A stretch of DNA of 32,000 nt from Nitrosospira multiformis ATCC 25196 (GCF_000196355.1 NC_007614.1:2670001-2702000); one strand, 5' to 3'; shown: positions 1 to 9,908, counted from the stretch's first letter. Notes: a model not told the origin generated them from the letters alone. Numbers and translations: made by a program.

Positions 1-39
1 GTCGTTCGGTGCAATGTAGTTTTTCAAATCGTTCATAGA

Positions 40-67
40 AGATACTTACGGCTAGATACTTACGGCT
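40..67. repeat. Perfect 14-bp tandem duplication (AGATACTTACGGCT x2)
   Basis: Copies at 40-53 and 54-67, downstream of hpnD. Confidence 0.95.
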
Positions 68-155
68 GGAAACAAATTCCGTTAAGAGGTTGCTCCCGGT
101 TTACAGCGATGAAGGCTCCATGGAAAGTGCCTTTGGGTAGCGCGGGAATAACGCT

Positions 156-998
156 TCATCCTTTCATCCAGGTTTTCCATGCTATCCAGAGCTTACGCAG
201 CGGCGTGAGGCTTATACGCTGCCGCATCACATGACATCCATCAGCCTTGATCTCCTTCAGCAAGGCCTGATAGATCGCCGCCATGATGATCCCGGAACGC
301 TGGCTTTTGCGATCCTCCTCCGGCAGCGCCGCAAAAGCGTTTGCATAATAACTTTCCGCCCGGTCGATCTGAAATTCGATTAAACGCCGGAAATTGTCTG
401 TTTCACGCGACTGGAGTATATCTTCATTGCTCACCCCGAAGCGCGCGAGCTCGTCCTGAGGCAGATAAATACGGTCGCGCCGGGCATCCTCGCCGACGTC
501 GCGTATGATATTGGTAAGCTGGAATGCCAGCCCGAGATCCTGGGCATATTCGAGCGTTTTCGGATTGCGGTAGCCGAATATCTCAGCGGAGCATAATCCC
601 ACTACGCTTGCCACATGGTAACAGTAGTGCCGAAGGGTATCGAAATCTGCGTAGCGGTTATAATCGAGATCCATTTCCATACCGTCTATGATCTCGTTCA
701 GACGGTCTGCGGTCAGATTGAACGTGCTTGCCACGCCTGCCAATGCCTGTGCCACGGGGTGGCTGGGCTTGTTTCCCCCTGCATCGAAGATCGCAGCAAC
801 TTCCTGTCGCCACCATGCAAGCTTTACTCGCGCTACTGATGCTTCCGTACACTCGTCCACGACATCGTCCACCTCTCGACAAAAAGCGTAGAGTGCAGTA
901 ATGGCACGACGCCTCTCAGGGGGCAGATAGAGAAAGCTGTAGTAGAAGCTCGAACCGCTTTGAACAGCTTTTTCCTGGCAATACTGGTCAGGTGTCAT
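156..998 (-). CDS. hpnD: Presqualene diphosphate synthase HpnD (squalene/phytoene synthase family)
   Basis: 280 aa ORF with the DDVVDE Asp-rich motif near the N-terminus and a second motif (NIIRDVGEDARRDRIYLPQDEL) typical of trans-isoprenyl diphosphate synthases of the HpnD type. Confidence 0.9.
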   Translation of the reverse strand: MTPDQYCQEKAVQSGSSFYYSFLYLPPERRRAITALYAFCREVDDVVDECTEASVARVKLAWWRQEVAAIFDAGGNKPSHPVAQALAGVASTFNLTADRLNEIIDGMEMDLDYNRYADFDTLRHYCYHVASVVGLCSAEIFGYRNPKTLEYAQDLGLAFQLTNIIRDVGEDARRDRIYLPQDELARFGVSNEDILQSRETDNFRRLIEFQIDRAESYYANAFAALPEEDRKSQRSGIIMAAIYQALLKEIKADGCHVMRQRISLTPLRKLWIAWKTWMKG

Positions 999-1201
999 GA
1001 TAAATTATTAAAAAGGCGATAATTTGTCATCGCTGAGCCCTCGCTGAAGCAAAAAAAGCACATTATCTCATCAATCACACTTGTCGCTGCGTTCCCCGGA
1101 CAAAACCCGTTCAACCAGTCGACAATCAGCCCGTTGTAGAGTGTCCAGATGGATTTCTGCAGGAATACCATGGGAATGCTGGCTGACGCACCGCCTCCGA
1201 T

Positions 1202-1235
1202 AATAAAAAACCCCGCAGCCGCGGGGTTTTTTATT
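1202..1235. terminator. Bidirectional rho-independent terminator downstream of groEL
   Basis: Perfect 15-bp inverted repeat AATAAAAAACCCCGC-AGCC-GCGGGGTTTTTTATT: GC stem, 4-nt loop and T-tract on both strands. Confidence 0.9.
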
Positions 1236-1275
1236 GCACAGCTTATTGCACGATTGGTGCAGCGGTCGGCAAACC

Positions 1276-2946
<1,671 letters not shown>

Positions 2947-2986
2947 CTAATTTCCAGAAAATATTGTGCAAGACGTCTTGCGAAAA

Positions 2987-3277
2987 TTAACCTTCAACAA
3001 CGCCCATGATGTCTTCTTCGCGCATCACCAGAAGTTCTTCTCCCGATATCTTCACGGTCTGTCCGGAATATTTGCCGAACAATACCTTATCGCCGACTTT
3101 CACTTCCAGCGGACGGACATTGCCGTCGTCGCCGACCTTGCCTTTACCTACCGCGATAATTTCGCCCTGATCCGGCTTCTCCGCAGCGCTGTCAGGTATG
3201 ACAATACCGGATGCGGTCTTGCGCTCTTCTTCCAGCCGCTTGACGATGACGCGGTCGTGTAAGGGACGAATCTGCAT
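2987..3277 (-). CDS. groS: Co-chaperonin GroES
   Basis: 96 aa, [35 protein letters not shown]...[10 protein letters not shown], directly upstream of groEL. Confidence 0.98.
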   Translation of the reverse strand: MQIRPLHDRVIVKRLEEERKTASGIVIPDSAAEKPDQGEIIAVGKGKVGDDGNVRPLEVKVGDKVLFGKYSGQTVKISGEELLVMREEDIMGVVEG

Positions 3278-3370
3278 GTTTTCTTCTCCTGTGTTTTAAA
3301 AAATTAAAACGAATGAAATCCTTCGGGATTGCCGCTGGCATGGGGTTTCCCGAGCCATTTACCGAAATTA

Positions 3371-3397
3371 TTAGCACTCAATGCCAATGAGTGCTAA
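3371..3397. promoter_or_regulatory. CIRCE operator (HrcA binding site) upstream of groES
   Basis: Perfect TTAGCACTC-N9-GAGTGCTAA, about 95 bp upstream of the groES start. Confidence 0.96.
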
Positions 3398-3586
3398 TAA
3401 TAGGGCTTGCGAAGCCGAATTTCAAGTGGATGACGAGCTCCGCGTACAACTTTTTTCCATTCTCTGCACCCTCCGATGACTTCGCCTATTATTGAATGGG
3501 AATGACCTCAGCCTGTCCCTTGAATTCCTTTCCTAGAGCGAAAACCACTGATTCTCTCAGTTCATCTTCAGTAAAAGGAGGCAAAC

Positions 3587-3994
3587 ATGCAAGCTACACA
3601 GCCTACGACTCAGTCCACCCAGACACCAAACCTATATCAGCTGAGCGGCAAAAACCTCAACATCACCTATTCGACCAGCGGCATAGATGGCAAGCCGCAT
3701 TTCAGCTATCAGGATTTGCAACAAACGCTCGACTTTACCGGCGATGAAATCCGAAGTGTGGAAACTGAAATCGGCACGCTTGTCAGCGTTACAATCCGAA
3801 TGACGGTGGATACAGGAGGAACTACTTTCAGCCTTTTGCTGCCTCGCATACATATACCCGGAGAGCAAACGGTTCCTGTACAAACCATCGGTATCACTAC
3901 TCTCCATCGATTCTCTGTCCTTCCGATAAGCGGACAGCGCGATTTCTACACCGTAACCCGTCTTCACGGGTCGGCGGGACGGGTGTTCTTCTAG
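3587..3994 (+). CDS. Hypothetical protein, 135 aa
   Basis: ORF preceded by a strong Shine-Dalgarno (AAAGGAGG, about 6 nt from ATG). No family recognised from sequence. Confidence 0.7.
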   Translation: MQATQPTTQSTQTPNLYQLSGKNLNITYSTSGIDGKPHFSYQDLQQTLDFTGDEIRSVETEIGTLVSVTIRMTVDTGGTTFSLLLPRIHIPGEQTVPVQTIGITTLHRFSVLPISGQRDFYTVTRLHGSAGRVFF

Positions 3995-4006
3995 GCTCAG
4001 GACTCA

Positions 4007-4381
4007 TTAATTGAGATAGAAGATGACAGTTGCGGCGATACAGATGGCAGAGAAGAAGGTATGGGCACAGCGGTCGTAACGCATGGCGATCCTGCGCCAG
4101 TCCTTGAGCCGAGCGAACATGTTCTCGATCCTGTGCCTTTGCCTGTAGAGGGTCTTGTCGTATTTGATCTGGATTTTGCGATTCCTTTTTGTCGGTATGC
4201 AGGGCGTCATGCCTTTGGCACGCAACGCTGCCCGGAACCAGGCAGCGTCATAGCCGCGGTCTGCAATCAGGGTTTTGGCTTTGGGCAATGACGGCAGCAG
4301 CACACGTGCTCCCTTGTAATCGCTCATCTGCCCTTCGGACAGGAGCATGGCCACAGGCTTGCCCTGACCGTCGCAGACCAC
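4007..4381 (-). CDS. IS5-family transposase, C-terminal DDE domain (orfB); the translated portion probably begins upstream by -1 frameshift
   Basis: LIADRGYDAAWFRAALRAKGMTPCIPTKRNRK...RHRIENMFARLKDWRRIAMRYDRCA, the DDE_Tnp_1-like C-terminus. Confidence 0.93.
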   Translation of the reverse strand: MVCDGQGKPVAMLLSEGQMSDYKGARVLLPSLPKAKTLIADRGYDAAWFRAALRAKGMTPCIPTKRNRKIQIKYDKTLYRQRHRIENMFARLKDWRRIAMRYDRCAHTFFSAICIAATVIFYLN

Positions 4382-4395
4382 ATGAAGCTTCGAGT

Positions 4396-4764
4396 TCAGG
4401 CCGCCCTTTGTGCGACCGATACGGCGGGGAACATCCCCTTTTTTAGCAGGCTGGCTGCCGTGCGGTGGGCCTTCAGATGCGTGGCGTCGATCATCAGCCT
4501 CTCGGGCGTTTCCTCTTTACCGGTCAGTTCCACAAAGATGCGGTTGAACACGCCCAGTCGGCTCCAGCGCACGAAACGGTTATACAGTGTCTTGTGCGGC
4601 CCGTATTCCCTGGGGGCATCCTTCCATTGCAGGCCATTCCGAATGACGTAGATGATCCCGCTGATCACCCGCAGATCATCAACACGGGGAACTCCGTGGG
4701 ACAAGGGAAAATAAGGTTTTATACGGTTGAACTGTGTTTCCGACAGGTAAAACAAATCTCTCAT
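4396..4764 (-). CDS. IS5-family transposase, N-terminal ORF (orfA)
   Basis: MRDLFYLSETQFNRIKPYFPLSHGVPRVDDLRVISGIIYVIRNGLQWKDAPREYGPHKTLYNRFVRWS, the DUF4096-type N-terminus typical of this group. Confidence 0.93.
   Translation of the reverse strand: MRDLFYLSETQFNRIKPYFPLSHGVPRVDDLRVISGIIYVIRNGLQWKDAPREYGPHKTLYNRFVRWSRLGVFNRIFVELTGKEETPERLMIDATHLKAHRTAASLLKKGMFPAVSVAQRAA
4438..4444 (-). promoter_or_regulatory. Programmed -1 frameshift slippery heptamer A_AAA_AAG
   Basis: The minus strand reads CTG CTA AAA AAG GGG ATG. A -1 slip at A_AAA_AAG joins orfA to GDVPRRIGRTKGGLNSKLHMVCDG..., which continues into orfB. Confidence 0.85.
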
Positions 4765-4863
4765 GGCAGCACCTCCGCCATAAGTGAATCACATTTGATC
4801 CTATTCGTGAATCATGAAATTAATAGGTCCTGAACCTAGATGTTTTCTACGTTTCTGCTACGT

Positions 4864-4914
4864 TTTTGTCCCGCTGCATGACGGTATGAAGTATTGCCAT
4901 ATAGCGGGACAAAA
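4864..4914. repeat. Perfect 12-bp inverted repeat with 27-nt spacer
   Basis: TTTTGTCCCGCT (4864-4875) and AGCGGGACAAAA (4903-4914). Confidence 0.85.
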
Positions 4915-5259
4915 CATTCATATAAGCTGAGCGCTTACGCAAACCCATTAGAAATTCCCACTCTCCTTTCAACATCCCCCCAACTCCATCTGCTTGACAA
5001 GGCGATTACTCAACCTTGCGGAGCTTGTCAGCGCCACTTCCCTGGCGAATTCCTGTACTTCAGTACGATGGACAGGGCGCCGGGGACATTTCTAGAATGA
5101 GAACTCATATTCAGGAGGAATGCGGTGATTCCTGCGCTGTCCGCCGTTGCCGGATGCAGCTTGCGGGGCTGCTGCTTGCTGGCGGAGCCATGGCGTTTCC
5201 TCCCTTGAATACACGAATATATCGAACACATTCCAACTCATCAAACACAAGGATTTGCC

Positions 5260-5922
5260 ATGTCAGCTCGAATCGACGGTCGCCAAAGGGGTAAAGCGGG
5301 CATGACCCCATTGTCAAAAATACTGCACTCCCAACGGTTCCATATATACAGCGGCGTGCTGCTGGCAACGTTATTTGGATTCTTTGCCTGGGCGCACTTC
5401 AACAAGTACCTGGAAACTGGGGAATGGACACTGTTGCTGGTCATCCTTTCCGAAACCCTGACGACGGGATTCTTTATCTTCCGCAGCACTCCGCGAACTG
5501 TTTCCGTGGCGCTGTCCGACTGGCTGGTCGCTATCGCCGGTTCCTTCGCGCCGCTGTTGCTCCGCCCTGCAACCTGGGGGGTGTTTCCTGCCGCGAGCAG
5601 CCTCATTGCGCTCGGCACCCTGCTACAGATCGTCAGCCTGCTGTCCCTCAATCGCAGTTTTGCGCTCGTCGCGGCCAAGCGTGAAATCAAGACGGCCTGG
5701 ATGTACGGAATCGTGCGCCATCCGCTCTATGCCTGTTATTTTCTCGTGTTTGGCGGCTACGTGCTGGTGCATACGACACTTACAAATGTGCTTATCTTTG
5801 CGGCGACCATGGGATTTCTCTGGGTGCGGATCCAACGCGAGGAAAGACATCTTGCATTGGACCCGGCCTACCGCACTTACATGCTCCGGGTACCTTACCG
5901 GCTCGTGCCGTTCGTGTTTTAG
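5260..5922 (+). CDS. Isoprenylcysteine carboxyl methyltransferase (ICMT)/PEMT-like integral membrane protein
   Basis: Several hydrophobic segments and the C-terminal signature YGIVRHPLYACYFLVFGGY...IQREERHLALDPAYRTYMLRVPYRLVPFVF. AAGGA lies about 6 nt before ATG. Confidence 0.8.
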   Translation: MSARIDGRQRGKAGMTPLSKILHSQRFHIYSGVLLATLFGFFAWAHFNKYLETGEWTLLLVILSETLTTGFFIFRSTPRTVSVALSDWLVAIAGSFAPLLLRPATWGVFPAASSLIALGTLLQIVSLLSLNRSFALVAAKREIKTAWMYGIVRHPLYACYFLVFGGYVLVHTTLTNVLIFAATMGFLWVRIQREERHLALDPAYRTYMLRVPYRLVPFVF

Positions 5923-5937
5923 CCGCCAGCGGACATA

Positions 5938-5965
5938 ATTGGTGAAAATACATTGGTGAAAATAC
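5938..5965. repeat. Perfect 14-bp tandem duplication (ATTGGTGAAAATAC x2)
   Basis: Copies at 5938-5951 and 5952-5965, just downstream of the ICMT-like gene. Confidence 0.95.
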
Positions 5966-6137
5966 GAATGGATCGCTCCATGTTTTCATCCTGCCGCTTA
6001 TATTCCCGGCCAAACAGTGGATGACTGCCCGATCATGAAAGGGGGCTCCCTATCCTCCCCGGGGTACGGTTCAAGCCCACAAATAACGGAATTTCGAATC
6101 AGGATTATCACGATTTTTAAGGCTCTTAAGACTCTAT

Positions 6138-7574
6138 ATGGCAAACCCTATCGGTGAACTGCTGGTTCGCGAAGGCCTGATCTCGTCTGCCCAACTGGCG
6201 CAGGCGGTTGCCCGCCAGAGGCAGGACAACGGCCGGCTGGGGGATATCCTCGCCTCGCTTGGCTTTCTCACGGCAAACCAGTTTCGCCAGTTCTTCCAAC
6301 CTGTTCCGCAGGTCCCGGTGAAGGTGGCGGACACGGGGCTGAGTGAAGCTTTTCTCACCGACCTGCTGCTCAAGGCCGCCTATCTCGAGGCCGGCACATT
6401 CTCCTTGCAGCAGATCTCCGATACGCTCTCTCTCCCGTTCAGTGTCGTCGATGAACTGGCGGAACTGATGAAGGCGGATCAACTGGTCGCCATCCGTTCA
6501 GCCACCGGCTACAGCCGGGCCTCCCATGTTCTCGAACTGACCAAGCGCGGGCGGGAAAGAGCGGAAGCCGCCCTCGACACCAGCCGTTATGTGGGCGCGG
6601 CGCCCGTCCCTTTGCGGGACTACAGCCGCGCCGTGGCACGGCAATGCGTCCGTCAGGTGGAAGTGGACGATCAATGGATACGCGACTCCCTCAAGCACAT
6701 GGTCATCGGCGAGAGAATGCTCAACCAGCTGGGCCCGGCGTTTGGTTCGGGGCGGTCCATCTTCTTCTATGGCCCCCCCGGAACGGGAAAAACGAGCATT
6801 ACCGAAATACTGGGCCGTGCGTTGCCGGGACACATCTATATCCCGCAGGCGATAGAGATCAGCGGCCAGGTGATTCGCCTGTTCGATCCCTCAATTCACT
6901 TCAGCGTGGAAGATGAATCCCCGGAAGACCCCGGGCTTGACCTGAGCCGGAGCGTGAAGCATGACCTCCGCTGGAAAAAATGCCGGCGCCCTGTGGTGAT
7001 GGTAGGCGGAGAGCTGACGCTCGACATGCTCGACCTGCGTTATGACGCCAGCAGCAAATTCTATGAAGCTCCGATCCAGATGAAAGCCGGAAACGGCGTA
7101 TTCATCCTTGATGACTTTGGCCGCCAGCAGGTGGAACCGCGCCAGCTGCTCAATCGCTGGATCATCCCCCTTGAGCGCGGTACCGATTTCCCCACGCTCC
7201 ATACCGGCCTGAAATTCGAGATACCCTTCGACCAGATCACGGTTTTCTGTACCAATCTGCGCCCGGGGGATCTGGTCGATGAGGCGTTTTTGCGCCGTAT
7301 TCGCCACAAGATACAGGTGCAGTACCAGACCGAAGACGAGTTCAGGGAAATCCTGCGGCGCGTGTGCGAGGGCCAGGGAATCGCTTACGACGCGGAAGCG
7401 GCCGAATATCTGCTGGATAATCATTACCGCAAGGCCGGGCGGCCGCTAACGGGCAGCCATCCGCGGGATCTGGTGGAACATATCGTGGATCGCGCGCGTT
7501 TCATGCGGCGGCATCCGGAATTGACACCCGAGACTGTGGACCTGGCCGCAGCCAGCTACTTCGTGGAGATGTGA
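6138..7574 (+). CDS. AAA+ ATPase with GspE/MshEN-like N-terminal domain
   Basis: N-terminus IGELLVREGLISSAQLAQAVARQR...GRLGDILASLGFLT resembles T2SS/T4P ATPase N-domains. Walker A GPPGTGKTS, Walker B-like VFILDDFG, and LRRIRH region. Confidence 0.8.
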   Translation: MANPIGELLVREGLISSAQLAQAVARQRQDNGRLGDILASLGFLTANQFRQFFQPVPQVPVKVADTGLSEAFLTDLLLKAAYLEAGTFSLQQISDTLSLPFSVVDELAELMKADQLVAIRSATGYSRASHVLELTKRGRERAEAALDTSRYVGAAPVPLRDYSRAVARQCVRQVEVDDQWIRDSLKHMVIGERMLNQLGPAFGSGRSIFFYGPPGTGKTSITEILGRALPGHIYIPQAIEISGQVIRLFDPSIHFSVEDESPEDPGLDLSRSVKHDLRWKKCRRPVVMVGGELTLDMLDLRYDASSKFYEAPIQMKAGNGVFILDDFGRQQVEPRQLLNRWIIPLERGTDFPTLHTGLKFEIPFDQITVFCTNLRPGDLVDEAFLRRIRHKIQVQYQTEDEFREILRRVCEGQGIAYDAEAAEYLLDNHYRKAGRPLTGSHPRDLVEHIVDRARFMRRHPELTPETVDLAAASYFVEM

Positions 7575-7719
7575 CGAAGGGTTGGAGATGTAACGAAGGT
7601 CCTTGGCGGAGCACTCGGCGCGCAGAGGGCAGCCGCCGCATCTGCACGCCCCTCACATCTGCCCATGGCTCGGACTCCGCGATACCCTGTGCTCTCTGGA
7701 GCGCCTGCTGCGCCTTGCT

Positions 7720-8907
7720 TTACTCGACGGCTCCGGCAGTTCCTTGCGCAATCTGCACTTTTTGCGGACTCTCCAGGTGAGCTACCTGGCGCACAGCGTC
7801 CTTGCCCAGCATCACCCGCACATGAATGTCCCTGCGGAGATTATAACTCTCCACTGTGGGGACCCCGCTCCCCCCTGGCATCAACCGGCTGATCTCCTCG
7901 GCCACTCCGGAATGGCCCGGCCGATAGTGTATTTCCGTCAGGGCCTGCTGATACGGCTGCCGGTCGGTGAGGCGTGCCCTGGCGAACCCGTTCTGCTGCA
8001 GAAAATCGGATACCTGCCTGGCCATGCCGGGTAAGCCATTGCCATTCGAGACCTCGATGCGGATGTCCTGGCCGGAAAACTTGCCCGAATCCTGCGGGGG
8101 AGCGGTCCTGCCGATGATTTTACCCGAAGGCATGGCTGTCATCGCCTCCGTTTCGGCCATCCGGAACTCGAACACACCGGGTGTAACCTGCAGCAGTCGC
8201 GCTGCGGCGCTGCATGACAACTTCTGTTTCTCGCCCGGTGCGGCTGCCATGGGAGGCGATATGGCCGATATGGCAGCAGAAGGAATACCAGCGGGAGTAC
8301 CGGCAGGAGTGCCGGGAGCAGGCGTTGGTATGGGTGCCGTGGGGGGTGCCTTGGTGGCTCCCACAGGGGCTCCAGAGGGTGCCACGGTCAGCGCAGCAGC
8401 CTTGTCGTGCAGTCCCGCCTTTTTGTAGACGGCGGCGAGGTGGCGTCGCGCCCGCTGGTTGTGAGGCTCGAGCAACAGCGCCCGCTCGAACGCTGACACG
8501 GCTTCAGCTTCCTGTCCGTGCACCAGGTGGGCATAGCCTAGATTATTGTGCAGATGGGCGGCCAGGGGGGCCATCCCGATCGCTTTCCGGAAATACTGCA
8601 GCGCCAGTTCATGCCGGTCCAGAAGGCAATGGGCCACGCCCAGGCCATTGTGCGCCTCGACATGACGAGGGTCTGCCTCCAGCGCCTTCTCGTAGGCTGC
8701 AATGGCTTCCGCATAGTCGACCTTGGCCTGGTAATATCGTCCAAGCTGATACAGCGCGTCCGCACTGCGAATCGCGTGGCGGACTTCCATCACCGGCTTG
8801 ACGTTAACAGCCTGCCCGGCCTTGTTCTGATACCACGGATACAACGTGCACCCGCTCATGAGCGATACGCAACCCATCGCCCATGCAAGCTGCTTGATTC
8901 TGAACAT
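7720..8907 (-). CDS. tadD: TPR lipoprotein (TadD-like) with C-terminal LytR_C-like domain
   Basis: Signal/lipobox VSLMSGC; TPRs (ADALYQLGRYYQAKVDYAEAIAAYEKALEADPRHVEAHNGLGVAHC...); Pro/Ala-rich linker; IRIEVSNGNGLPGMARQVSDFLQQNGF...HYRPGHSGVAEEISRLMPG. Last gene of the tad cluster. Confidence 0.75.
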   Translation of the reverse strand: MFRIKQLAWAMGCVSLMSGCTLYPWYQNKAGQAVNVKPVMEVRHAIRSADALYQLGRYYQAKVDYAEAIAAYEKALEADPRHVEAHNGLGVAHCLLDRHELALQYFRKAIGMAPLAAHLHNNLGYAHLVHGQEAEAVSAFERALLLEPHNQRARRHLAAVYKKAGLHDKAAALTVAPSGAPVGATKAPPTAPIPTPAPGTPAGTPAGIPSAAISAISPPMAAAPGEKQKLSCSAAARLLQVTPGVFEFRMAETEAMTAMPSGKIIGRTAPPQDSGKFSGQDIRIEVSNGNGLPGMARQVSDFLQQNGFARARLTDRQPYQQALTEIHYRPGHSGVAEEISRLMPGGSGVPTVESYNLRRDIHVRVMLGKDAVRQVAHLESPQKVQIAQGTAGAVE

Positions 8908-8924
8908 GATCAGTTCTCCGCTCG

Positions 8925-9866
8925 TTACTGACCCCCGAGAGTGGGGAGCAGCACCCGATAGATGTTGATGAAAGCCGGCCCCATCAGCACCAGCAGGAGT
9001 GACGGGAAGATAAAGAAAATCAGCGGAAAGAGCAGCTTGAGCGCGATTTTGGCCGCAGCTTCTTCCGCCCGTAGCCGACGGGTGGTGCGCAGCGTATCTG
9101 AATGGACGCGCAGGGAAGCGGCGACACTGGTGCCGAAGCGGTCGGCCTGGACCAGCATGGAAACCAGGGCCTCGATTTCTTCGACGCCGGTGCGCATGGC
9201 AAGGTTGCGCAGCGCCTGCTCCCGCGTCCTGCCGGCGCGCAGCTCCAGGCTTACCAGGTGAAGCTCGCTGGCGAGGGCCTTGCTCCGAAGGCGCATTTCT
9301 TCCGCCACCCGCACCATGGCGGCATCCAATCCCAGTCCCGCTTCAACGCATACTGTCATGAGATCGATGGCATCCGGAAAACTCTCGAACAGCTCCCGTT
9401 TGCGCTGTAAAACCAGGCGCCCCAGCACCAGGTTGGGCAGGTAATAGCCGAATGCCGCCAGACTCAGCAGGGCGAACAGGGCGGCATTGACATCCAGCTC
9501 CAGGCGGCCGATGCCGACGTAAAGCAGGAAAATCGCCGGTAACGCCAGCGCCAGCCCTGTCTTGGCCGCGAAATACACCATGGGCACGGAGCGCGCATGG
9601 TAGCCCGCGTGCATGAAGCGCGTGCGCAGCACCGAGGTTTCCCAGCCCTCGCTGGGGAGGGCCAGCTTGGCCAGCGGACCCGCCAGATTGACCATGGTCC
9701 GTTCCCAGCCGTCCCCGGCCTTCTGCTGCGAGGGGGAGTTCCCCGCGGCCACCTGCTCGAGGCGGGTTTTGGTGGGACGCGGCGCCAGCGCCCGCATCAC
9801 CCCGAACGCGGCTCCGGCCACCGCGATGAAAATCACCGCCAGGTAGGCGATTTGCACAGGTGTCAT
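8925..9866 (-). CDS. tadC: Tight adherence pilus assembly protein TadC (T2SS GspF family)
   Basis: 313 aa, LFESFPDAIDLMTVCVEAGLGLDAAMVRVAEEM...RAGRTREQALRNLAMRTGVEEIEALVSMLVQADRFGTSVAASLRVHSD. Confidence 0.92.
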   Translation of the reverse strand: MTPVQIAYLAVIFIAVAGAAFGVMRALAPRPTKTRLEQVAAGNSPSQQKAGDGWERTMVNLAGPLAKLALPSEGWETSVLRTRFMHAGYHARSVPMVYFAAKTGLALALPAIFLLYVGIGRLELDVNAALFALLSLAAFGYYLPNLVLGRLVLQRKRELFESFPDAIDLMTVCVEAGLGLDAAMVRVAEEMRLRSKALASELHLVSLELRAGRTREQALRNLAMRTGVEEIEALVSMLVQADRFGTSVAASLRVHSDTLRTTRRLRAEEAAAKIALKLLFPLIFFIFPSLLLVLMGPAFINIYRVLLPTLGGQ

Positions 9867-9908
9867 GTCTCGATTATCCTCATTTTTGGCATTGTGAGTG
9901 AAGCTGCT

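Larger units (their letters stand above)
3995..4835 (-). mobile_element. IS5-family insertion sequence (IS427-like two-ORF organisation), about 841 bp
   Basis: Terminal imperfect inverted repeats, 15/18 matching (GCTCAGGACTCATTAATT at 3995-4012 and the complement of GTTCAGGACCTATTAATT at 4818-4835). CTAG flanks both ends (3991-3994 and 4836-4839). Two overlapping-phase transposase ORFs. Confidence 0.92.

Noticed and set aside
4007-4764. Transposase split interpreted as a disabling frameshift mutation
   Set aside because: A correctly phased A_AAA_AAG heptamer and the known two-ORF organisation of this IS5 subgroup make programmed frameshifting more likely.
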